DNA of 64,000 nt from Chrysomallon squamiferum (lineage: Eukaryota > Animalia > Mollusca): contig CM022670.1 in assembly GCA_012295275.1 (NCBI GenBank), positions 33,170,001 to 33,234,000 on the forward strand, in the 5' to 3' direction. This document shows, in pieces, positions 37,981 through 64,000 of this stretch. Both the position numbers and the translations under genes were made by a program. A model generated the notes under the pieces. The model saw nothing but the letters and a program-made list of their open reading frames with translations. It was not told where the DNA came from and did not search any database. Within the stretch, counting starts at the first letter, position 1. Every line of letters begins with the position of its first letter.

Positions 37981-39989
37981 CAGAAATAAATATTGCAAAT
38001 AGTGTGTCTTGTTATTCTTAGAAACTAATTTAACGGCATTGATTATTACTATTACTATGTCCTACACGACTCACAGATTTATCAGTGTTATATATTAACT
38101 TGTCTTTAAACGAAATTTAACATCGTCGCAGTCATTGTTAGTGTTAATGTCTATATATTTTGTTAATTTAATAAATAGAACAACATCAGCAACAGTAATA
38201 ATAATTATAACAACAACAACAACAACAACAATAAGCAGAAAAAAAAGGTTTGTATGAATCATCAGTACTTAGAAACCTTTACATACGAGAATAGTTTTTT
38301 TTTTTTTTTTTTCTAATTTTCTTAGAAAGTGTTATTGTTATGTTTACCCTGTAGATGTAACACAGAAATATAATGTTCTTTTTGTTCTATATTTTCAAGG
38401 TATTATTTTTACTGCTCAGATAAAATCAGCTTTGACTGTAAAATCGTCGTAAGATTTTCATTTAAATTGCTGGTTTTAATTTCACTTCGGTTATTTCTGT
38501 TTTTCCTTTTTTCTTTCTCTTTATTTATTTATTGTTGTACAGAACCGTTGTATAATAGGATGTCTAAAACTAATGATAAAAATCTCCAACTAAACGAAAA
38601 TAAAAACCAATAAAACTAACGCGGCCTTACAAAAAGTGCTAATACCAACAAGACAGAAACCATTTATCTACATTAATGTGCTAGCGTTTGTTTTTCCTAG
38701 CGTAATAAACGTAGTTCAACATACTAACGAACTTAAAATTTTCAGATTAAAAAAAAAAAAAAAAAAAAAATGGTGCTTAATGAAGTACTAAATGTCACTT
38801 GAAGGAAAATAATTCTTGCTGTTCTTAACACAGATCGGGTTCTTTTAGTTCGTTACTCAGCCGCGTTACTGGATTAAACTATATTAAAAGGTCATTTTAG
38901 CATTTGCAGATTTACTACAGGTGCATTTCGTCTATATAATTTTTTTTAAAAGAAAGAAAAGATCTAAGTGTCATTAAGATATAGGTGCATCCAGCCGGTA
39001 ACGTAAATATACTGATACACGTATACAGATAAAACTAGGTGCCTGTTTACATGCCTCATTTGCTAACATATTCCGTAGAAGTACTAACAGAAGTAATAAT
39101 AGAAGAGATTGTAGATAATGACAGCGGTTGTCGAGGTGGGAGTGGAAGACTAACAACAACAACAGTAATAGCTCGGTTAGCAGTGTAAGTAATAAAAATA
39201 ATACACGCACCCACACAATAATGCAGTAATAACAGAAATAGCAAAATTAGTAGAGTCAGTTAAAAATTGTAGCAGTAGGAGTCGTAGTAGTATTGATAGT
39301 AGTTAGTGAAAAAAAATACTACTAGTAATAGTAGCAAGAATGTATAAGAAAGTAGTAGTAGACGAAGTAGTAACAGTAGCAGTAGTAGTAGCAGTAGTAA
39401 TAGAAGTGTTAGTAGTAGAAGTGCTAGTAGTAAAAGTGGTAGTAATAGAATTAGCAGTAATATATTAGTAGCCGTGATGGATGGTACTTATAGATTGCTT
39501 ACTACTGAAACTTAAATGTCAAATGAGTTATCTTTATTTTCAAGAACAATTAGTGTTAATTGTAATGAAGAAAAATGAAAACGATTTAATATATTTTTTC
39601 GATAATAGAACAGGAAATATATCTGAATACATCAATTCCGAATTTTATCTATTTATTCTTATCATAGTTATAAGAGTTATAAATGATAATTATTGTTCAG
39701 TTACTATTTATATACTACTTATTAATCCAGAAAGAACTAATCAAAGTTAAGGAGACATATGCCCATAAATATTTATAATAATTGCAATGCATTTTCTACG
39801 TTAGGGAAGCGGTTATGTCCATACACTAGATTAACTGTTTTGCACACGGCTTAGAAACTCAATCAAGAGTAGTTAATGCTGAAATCAGGCTACATACAGA
39901 TATATATGGTCAAACATAAGCTCTTTCATTTCCTTTTCGATGACGGTATTAAACGATTATAGCCGGTGAGTGGATACCTCGCTTATCCA

Positions 39990-40111
39990 CACAGGCGTAA
40001 AGAAATTGTCAGACAGATTTCGCGGTAAGCAGTAGAAAGGTCGCTGTCGTAGATTGTCTTGATTCAAACGTCCATCTGGCTGACATGTGATCTTATCACA
40101 TACACTGAACA
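39990..40111 (+). other. Candidate non-coding first exon of CNBD2-like
   Basis: CpG-rich stretch ending in donor ACA|gtaagt at 40111. The 5' end is approximate. Confidence 0.45.
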
Positions 40112-42043
40112 GTAAGTAAAATATTTTCCTACGTAAAATATTAACTGGATCTTTTCTTTTTTTCTCTTTTTAAATATTTTTATTTTTATTTTATTTTATT
40201 TATTTATTTAAATACTTTTGTTTTTGGTCTTTTAATTATGGTTAGTTTGAATGTGAAAGCTAAGACATTACTCATTTGCGTTTACGTGTATCTGATTTAA
40301 TTTAAATTATGAGACATTCTAAATTAATATGTTGAAGCGAGACGTTTGGATATTTGTTCTCGTATTGTATTGTGTAAGGAAGACGGCATGTATACAATAT
40401 ATGTACCTAACGTGTTTAATTCTTTTTAAAGAACGTAAGCAAAATAGCTATATCATTAAACACACATTCTCAAATATATTTTATAATATGCACATACGTA
40501 TAAATAAATGAGATAGGTCAATTATTCTTTAACTGAAATTCTGTGAAATCTGTTTTATGGTTTATTTTTTAAAGAAATTCGTTCATAAAACTTGCATACA
40601 CATTAAAAGTAAAGATATAATTATATAAGTGATGTTTTAAATGTAAAATAAATAAATAAATAAATAAAAGACAGAAAGAAGAACATTACGGATTATGCAA
40701 TACTCACAGAAAAATGAAATTACAAATGCATAAAAATATTGATACTATCAGGCGGAATTCTTTAAAAGCTTTACGATCTATCTAACTGGTAACTTCCGCC
40801 GTATAAAAATACAATTTTGTTTTAATTGTTAGCGTTTATTGACAGTATCAGAAACAGCAGCATTGGCAAAATCCCCGTACCCCCACAGGTTGTGTTAACA
40901 AATATGTTGTTACTTGACAAGTCATCCGTAATCACAATGCTCGGATTTCGATGATATGCCAGCGTGTATAGTTTTTGTTGATTTAGCTCCTTTTCCTAAA
41001 TGCTTGCCAACTGTTATATAAACTGTAGGTGGTTAAAACGTAACTGGTATTTAAGTAGAATGATTGTTGTATCATAGTTCATGCTGCACTGTCAGCATTA
41101 ATATTGTTTTAACTGTTTGTTATTTTGTTTATTATCGAAAGTCTATATTTATAATAAAAATAGTACAGTACTAATATAAAATATGTTGGCAACCAAACTA
41201 GAGAAGCTTATTTTAGACTATAAGATAATTTTAAATCATATACATATAATATAAAGTTTCTTCAGTCAGAAATCTTTGTTATTAAGAAAGTAATGTTGTC
41301 TTAAGCGCAAGTAAATTCAAGATTTTTCTTAGTTGTATAGTGATTATAGATTTGGTCCTATCAACAGCTAGGTAGCCAGTGGTATCTGCTTCTGTTTGCA
41401 ACGAAAAGTTATTACGGTACTGGTCTTATGGCTTTGTTTCACTGGAGCCTTATCCCCAGATCTTTTACATTACAGAGGTAACTGGAAACATGTACGAAGA
41501 TTACATAATCTGTTCTACGAACGAATAATATAGGCTCCTGGATGTGGCCAAGGCAGATATATTTGAACTTTAAGTGAAACCAAGCTTGTATAAAAGTGAT
41601 TGACTCATTAATTCAAGATCTCTTTTTCGAGACTAGCACTGTCTGAAAGTAGTGACCACACTTGTTTACCCAAAGCGTTGATAGATATACTAAACAAATA
41701 GTGTAGTTTTAAACTAAAACTTTTATAATTGCGTTAGTGAATGTTTTGTACATCGAAGTGTCTATCATGTCTACCCAAAATCAAATTTCTTACAAAAATT
41801 AATTATGACAAACTATGGTTATTAGCAAATGCTACGATTATGACTGACTCGCTTCTCTGATTAGTTTATGACCCTTTTAATGAGTCAGTCGTTGTGAAAG
41901 GTCTCTTGGAGGAGGGAAAGTAGTGGTTTTTCTTCTGAATAGAAGGAGAACGGAGAAGCAATTCTGGTACCTATAAGTCAGTGATATAATCACTGCACCA
42001 CGAAAGCTATCTATTCCTTGTAATTAGTTATTTTCTATTCCAG

Positions 42044-42122
42044 TCTCTTAAGCTGCTGGAAGAGGCTCCAATGGAATAAAACCCAAGCTCACACACAATC
42101 TCTTTTATTACTAAATGCAAGA
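42044..42122 (+). other. Candidate 5'UTR exon of CNBD2-like
   Basis: ttttctattccag acceptor and AGA|gtaaga donor; carries two short uORF starts. Confidence 0.5.
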
Positions 42123-42585
42123 GTAAGAATATTCAGTAATGGGTATAGGTTTCCTATTTAATTTCTGTTTCATTGCAAAATCACATTTGTCATAAACTTT
42201 ATTATGAAAACATTATGATGACAAATTGTTAAATAAATATTCGTTCAATTATAAGTTCTTTATTTATTTACGCCTGTTTCGATTTAACGATGGAATTTCT
42301 TTTTTTTAAAGAAATATTCAAAATAGTAACTTCAAAACAAACAAAAACTTAAAGCTTTTTTTTGTCATTTTGATTACTTAACAGTAGTAGTTGTAGAAGA
42401 AGAAAAGAGAAAGTGGTAAAAAATAAAAAAAAATAAAAAAAAGTGCTTGAACGTGACTGGGAAAGCAACTTGAAAATGAGTTAAGTGTCGGAAAACTAGA
42501 AAATATTAAAAATAATTGTAAAATGTGTGTCATGTATTCATTTTGACCAGAAAGCTAAAAAAGTAAAAAGGAAATAATCAGAAAG

Positions 42586-42641
<56 letters not shown>

Positions 42642-43047
42642 GTAGTAATAATAAAAGTAGCAGTAGCAGTCAGTAGTAATATTAGTTGCAACAATAGCTG
42701 TTGTACAGTAGTAGTAGTGGTGAGAAACAGTAGTAGTTGTACTAATGGTGATTGTAGAAGAAAAACGAAAAGAGGTAAACAAAAAAAAATTGTAAAATTA
42801 AATTAAAAAAAAACATTTAAAATAATAAAAAAAATAAATAAATATAATAAAATAAAAATAAAAAGATATTAGTGAGAAAACTGAAATAAATTTTATATAT
42901 TAAAAATACCTGTGACAGCTCACACAGGTGTATGAACGTATTTCAATCATATCAGTTTCATTTCTGAGGCTATGTATTGTATATATATCTCCAAACGTTT
43001 TTTTAATTACTCTTTTTGGTTGACTGTAATATTTTATTATCGCCCTT

Positions 43048-43084
<37 letters not shown>

Positions 43085-43755
43085 CTTGTTGTTGTATTAT
43101 TATTACACTTCTATCATCATCATATTCATTATTTTTGTTGTTCTATTTTTAGTTCTTGTTCCAACACTGATTTTAAGAAAAATAATGATCAAGTTATTAA
43201 AGTATACTTTTATTAAAGTTATTAAAGTAATATTCAGAAATGTTTTCAAATATCCAGTTAAATATGACTTGGGTTAGACTGTTCTCCCACTGACGGATAT
43301 TAACGTCATTTATCAATCTGAACTCCTTTTCTATTTCTTTGGGATTAGGCCACTGTTTCATAACCATACAGATTATTCAGGTATATGTATTGCTAATCCT
43401 TCACCATCGCTCTAATAGCGATTTTATTAAGGAGCTTTTAAAAATTCTTTAAAACAAAATTCTCCATAGCAATTAGTAAATAGAGAACAGAAAAATGTCG
43501 TTTGCTAAAGATGCTCATTTTAAATAATTAATGAATGTTTATAGTTCGTGACTAATAATAAAACAAAAATTAAAGAAAGAAAGATTTAAAAGATAAAGCG
43601 CAAAAGAACGAAACAAAATTACTTCTATTCCAAAACGGAAATTATACTATAAGCCGGCTATTTTTAACTTCTTTAACTTTTTTTGTTTTTTTTTATGTCT
43701 GCCTGCCTTCCGATTTACATCATTTCTATCGTGCAAGAGTGAAATAAAAAGCAAT

Positions 43756-43787
<32 letters not shown>

Positions 43788-45262
43788 TGGTTATTTTTCA
43801 GTTGTTTTTTTGTTGTGTTTTTCTTATTTTAGTTTAAAACATAAATAAATCTCCAGTTTCATTTTTATGGATTTCATATATTTTAGTCAGGAGATATTCG
43901 CCTTTTCGATGTCGACAACTTTATAACGCCTTAAATAAAAAATGTTAAAGTTATACAAATATATTCTAAGTGAACGGCGCCATGAAGGGTCAGTAGGTAT
44001 ACGTTTTGCAGACTTGAATAGAAAATATACAGAAATATCACACATTGTCATGAAATTTCATTAAAATTTAAAATTCATTGACTCTTTTTAAGTGATATTT
44101 TATTCTGGAAATCATATAAACCATAAATAACATTATAATCCTTTATAAGTATTATACTTTTTGTAAACGTCTTCCCATATCTAATTAAACACATCAAATA
44201 TCAACAACTAAATGACAATACCTGTCATTTGTCGAATGCGTCCTCATGTACATGTGTGTACATTTTATTGTGTTTGTATGTGTGTACATGTGTTGTTGTG
44301 TGTGTGTGCGTATGTGTCTGCCTGTGTCTGTTTCTCCTCTTACATTTCTCGGATTGTGGCAATAGCATTCGCGATTAGTTTCAGGATCAGTTTGTTTCTG
44401 GATATTCCATTGTATGATTACCCACTACAACTAGAATGATATATGAAAAACTGTTGTATGTGTTTTCCTGTTTATTCGAGCGTGCATACACAAACACCTT
44501 GCTCCTAACTGAAAAAGACTAACTAGGTGCATTTCCTCTGAAAGTATCTATATGATCTTTAACGAGTGTATACATGCAACAATAGAACCATCGATTAAAA
44601 CATGTATTCAAAGCAGTCTCTCTCTCTTAATAAAATATATTATTACCATAATAAAAACCTTTGTTACAAAAAACAAATATAGTTTAAAAATATAGATCAA
44701 TTTTAAATAATAATAATAATAATAATAATAATTTTAAAAACATGAATTTGATATTAGCGTCCTTGAGTAACTCTTTTCTTTTGTACGTATCTGAACAAAA
44801 CAACATGTACTAAATGATATCTCGAATGCATACAAAGGTAATGGTATCAAATTAACTGCAGAATACCGCAGAGTGTGATCGTACATTGTGAAACGAATAC
44901 TGGAAGCCATTGTATAGTTTGACAGTGTAGAGATTAACACTGTCAGTTATTGGCGAAGTCAGTTGACTTAGGATACTTTTTTGTTAATATACTGTAAGTA
45001 AATATATATGTATATATATATATATATATATGTAATTTTAGATTATATAAAGTAAATGTTACCATGTACCATTTATTGAAAACAAATTTTACTTTCAGTA
45101 TTGATTTTAAAAGTAAACGATATGGAGTTTGACTTAAAGAAACATTTCTCTTTCAGTATAATTTAAGTAAGTATACATGGCTCTTTTTATTTTACCTAAA
45201 ACAAATTTAATTATATCGGCTGTGCAGATTATACATTTTCTTTCTAAAAATTTACATAATTA

Positions 45263-46531
45263 AAGACTCGGATATTGTCCATTATTGGACAAAAATTTCA
45301 AATTAAAATTTGATAATGAAATTCGAAGTTCTGGAATGTGAGAATGTCATCTTACCATTAGTTTACTTGAACAGTTATCAACGGTCATCAAGCGTGATCA
45401 GTTTACAATTTTCTTTATTTTTTTCTTTAGTTCATCTTCAGTGAACTTATCCATTCAACTTTCGTATAATTTCTTAATCAGTAAATTCCACTTGCAGAAA
45501 TCTGTTGGATTTTAGTACGAACTTTGTTGTAGTGATCTATCCTTTGTGAATGCTGGTGCTGTATACTCCACATGTTGCTGATTCCATAACTAGTATGCAA
45601 GGCGGCCCCATCTTGTTGAACTTTAAAGTCATTGTCAGGGTATAAATGTTTACAATCTTAAAGCAGTCCGCGATTAAGTAATTCTCAGAATTGACTTTAG
45701 TGGTGTTAGTGTGAAAAATAAAACACAGTTATTCAGTTTCTTTTAGTCCGTGAGATTTCCTGATGCAGTCACTTGACATGTGTCTTTTTTCTTCTGGCGA
45801 CTGCTAACAATTTCAACAGTGAAATCCTTTTTGTCCGTGAAAACCATTTTCTCAACATCTTTTCAGGAATATTTATCATATAATTCTTTGCACTCCGTTT
45901 TCCTCTTCTGTTTCACTTTGTCATATTGTCGTGAAACTCGTATCCTCTTATAACATTTCAGTTCCAGATTTCTTTTTATAGAAGTGCAGGCTACTCCAAG
46001 ATCGGACACAGTATGTCTCTGTGACCTGTCCTGCTGGAAGAAAACTGCTTCCTCTACATGATGAACATTCACTGATGTACATGCTGTTTTTGGTCAGCCA
46101 GTTTCCACTTTCCTTTCACTGGATTCTGTACTTTTAGCCTTTTTTTCATCTTTTTTTTTTTCAGTCTGTTTATCGATGATTCCTTTATGATTCTAGCAGC
46201 ATGTCAACATTTCTCAGTGAAATAAGTTGCAGTTAAGTCCTTATCCAAACTTGAAAGTACTATCTTGAATGTGATGTGATGAAAACCGTAACTAAAACAG
46301 CTAAAATCAATTTTTCCAGTCCTACCACTTTTGACTGTTTACACTCTAGCCAGACGACATTTTCAGACGACACTTGATTGACAGGTGTCACTGCAGTGCA
46401 CATATTGACGTGATGCGGGAGAGTTCTGGAACTACTATTTTCAATATCTAATTTTGAATTAGATTTTATATAAAAACCCTACTAAATAAAGTTATTGGAA
46501 AGTGTGGGCAATAACGGACAATATCTGTCTT
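45263..46531 (-). mobile_element. Degenerate Tc1/mariner DNA transposon (DD37D/maT-like), about 1.27 kb
   Basis: Minus-strand transposase remnants with stops and frameshifts: IKRNLELKCYKR, MVFTDKKDFTVE, KVNSENY, YPDNDFKVQQDGAALHTS, NPTDFCKW. Imperfect TIRs (aagactcggatattgtccattattggac vs reverse-complemented aagacagatattgtccgttattgccc) are each flanked by TA. Confidence 0.88.
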
Positions 46532-47942
46532 TAATAATATTACCAACGTAAAATGTTTCAAAATGTTAGGTTTTAAAAAAAAAATATTAGGTGGGTTTTC
46601 TTTTGTTATTTTGCAAAATAAGAGTAAACTTTTAATGATAACTTTGCCTATTAACTATTACTACTACTACTACTACAACAACAACAGTAACAATTATTAT
46701 TGCTACTACTACTATCATTCCTACATTCTTATTACAACCAGTATTATTATTTTCGATATCATCATAATCATGATTATTATTATTATTATGATTATGATTA
46801 TTATTATTATATTTTAAGATGTTGTCTTGGATCCATGTTAAGATCCATAACGTTTGTTTTAAAATGTGCAAAAAAATAAAGATAGAAACATGATACTGTT
46901 ATTAACAGATACGTTGTTATCTTCTTGTCACTATACAATTCTTTTGAAGACGTTGCATAATAATTATATAAACTGCCTATCTATATATCTATCTATATGT
47001 CTAGCTTTTCGGTTTCTCTAACCTTATATCTGTCTGTCTGTCTGTCCATTTATCAGGCTGTCTGTTTTTTTTAAAATGTTACTGTATGTACCTCTACATG
47101 CCAGTCGGGCTGTACATTATGGTCTACAAATTTATTTATTACAAACACCTTGGCAGAAGACTGTTTTTATTTCATTATAAACTGTAAATGATACCTTTCC
47201 TACTGAAACTACATACATACTCACACATCTATGTACACAAGCTTAAACGCATTCAAATATGCCTATATATTTATTAACACAAACACACACACACACATAC
47301 ATGCATACATACATAGAGATATATACATAAAAACATCCATCCATCCATCCATATACATACATACATACATACATACATTTATACATTACACACATATAAC
47401 CATGCGTACATGAACATTCATACATACATATATACATACACACAAATGCATAGATACATAAACTGACATACACGTATAGATGAAAATACACTCACATACA
47501 AATACACAAATACATACACGAATACCTGGATACGGTAATAATAAATAGTCACAAAAGTGGAGGAGTTATAGGCTTAACGCATAATCTTCTGCAGATCTGC
47601 AAATCTCTTCAGCATTTACTATTAAATTACTATTATTAAGGCAGACAGCAGCTTATCACAGGGTTAAAATCTGAGCTAAAATTCCATTTGACCAGTCAGG
47701 CGTTGGCTATACCAAACGGTTTCTTTGTTGCTCGTACTGAACTGGACTGAATTAAACTTTTCTTTATGTTAGTTCAACAGGCAGCTTTACACAATCACTT
47801 CATTTTGCTTTTGTGTTCTTATATCTATTTATTTAAAAAAGAACAAAAACAAACTAATACAAAATTCATGACACATTTCCAATTACGGTGAGTATGGCTA
47901 AAGCAGGTTCATTTTTCAATTAATTTACACAATAAACTGTAC

Positions 47943-48202
47943 AGCAATATTTCATTCACAGATTGTTTATATTATTGTTATTTCAGATATCAATATTTTA
48001 TTCACTGAGTGTAAGTTACTGTTATTTTAGATACCAATATTTCATTCACTAATTGTTCATTATTCTTATTTTAAAAAGCAGCTGTTCATTCGCAGATTAT
48101 CAGTTACTGTTATTTTAGAAAGCAATATTTAATTCACTAAGTTACGTGTTTTTATATTAGATATCAATAGTTCATCCACTCATTGTTAATTTGTTTTTTT
48201 AG
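47943..48202. repeat. Minisatellite, 42-44-bp unit, ending at the CNBD2-like splice acceptor
   Basis: Six copies of caatatttcattcact...tgttattttag. Confidence 0.88.
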
Positions 48203-48208
48203 ATCACC

Positions 48209-63267
<15,059 letters not shown>

Positions 63268-64000
63268 GTAAGTTAATTCAGTATTATTCTCATTTCTATA
63301 TTTTGATAGTTACTGTTATCGATATACGGTAAATAATACCATTATTCTACACGTTATTGTTCTTCTACGTTCAATAAGGTGGTTTAAATATTTTATATCC
63401 GCTTAGAGATTTACTGAAGACATACACGTACACACAGACACGCACATGTACACAGACACAATGAACGGCTTAAAAATAAAATTAAATACCCCCCCCCCAA
63501 AACCCCCAGAAATTTATTTTAAAAATATATCGTTTGATTCTGCACACGTTTATGCTTGTTACTAAAATGATAACCGATAGCTGTAACATATCAGAGATGG
63601 AAAAGGAATACGTGACCAATACAATTTACATAAGAAAGAGATCCACTGTAATTTACTAAATTAAAATAAATCTATTTCTTTTTTTGTCTCATTCACACAG
63701 CCACACATACACAAATTCACGCAACAAAATGTATCCAAAAAAAAATAAATATATATATATTTATATAGATAGATAGATAGATAGATAGATATGTAAAACA
63801 AAAACCAGTCCTTGTGAAATGAATTACGTTAAAAATCATTGAGGTATGTAATAAAAAAAAATAAACAAAGACTAAAGAGTAATTCTAATAGGACCCCAAA
63901 CACCAGTGACTCACTACTGGTACTTCAAAAAAAAGAGAAAAAAAAAGCGAACCTGGCGTATTACAGAGTTTTATTTCTTTTCTTTTTCTTTTACGTTCAC

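Noticed and set aside
34580-39480. Complementary (ACT)-rich and (AGT)-rich tracts flanking the intronless gene as TIRs
   Set aside because: Low-complexity trinucleotide tracts that are common throughout the window, with no specific alignment or target-site duplication.
45863-46072. 69-aa minus-strand ORF as a host gene exon
   Set aside because: It is a fragment of the decayed Tc1/mariner transposase.

Overview
AT-rich, microsatellite-dense eukaryotic DNA. The intron style and a degenerate SINE-like repeat suggest a mollusc, probably a gastropod (inference). Nearly all ORF-track entries are simple-repeat artefacts, so gene models were built by hand from GT-AG boundaries and exon phase. Three + strand protein-coding loci are supported. 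(1) An EFCAB14 (KIAA0494)-like gene, CDS 16153-27846 (about 506 aa). It has a second, paralogous upstream pair of N-terminal exons (10855-10958, 13404-13573) encoding an alternative cytoplasmic tail plus transmembrane helix, a candidate CUG start, and a stop codon split by an intron. (2) An intronless 556-aa single-pass membrane protein (35947-37617) with RVxF and PDZ-type C-terminal motifs. (3) A CNBD2-like cyclic-nucleotide-binding-domain gene from 48209 running off the window end. It contains two tandem 62-nt mutually exclusive exons in the first CNB domain, with intronic complementary segments that could steer exon choice. Also present are a decayed DD37D-like Tc1/mariner transposon with TIRs (45263-46531), several minisatellites (one built from splice-acceptor repeats), and weaker candidate spliced small-ORF transcripts on the - strand. 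No searches or folding programs were run.
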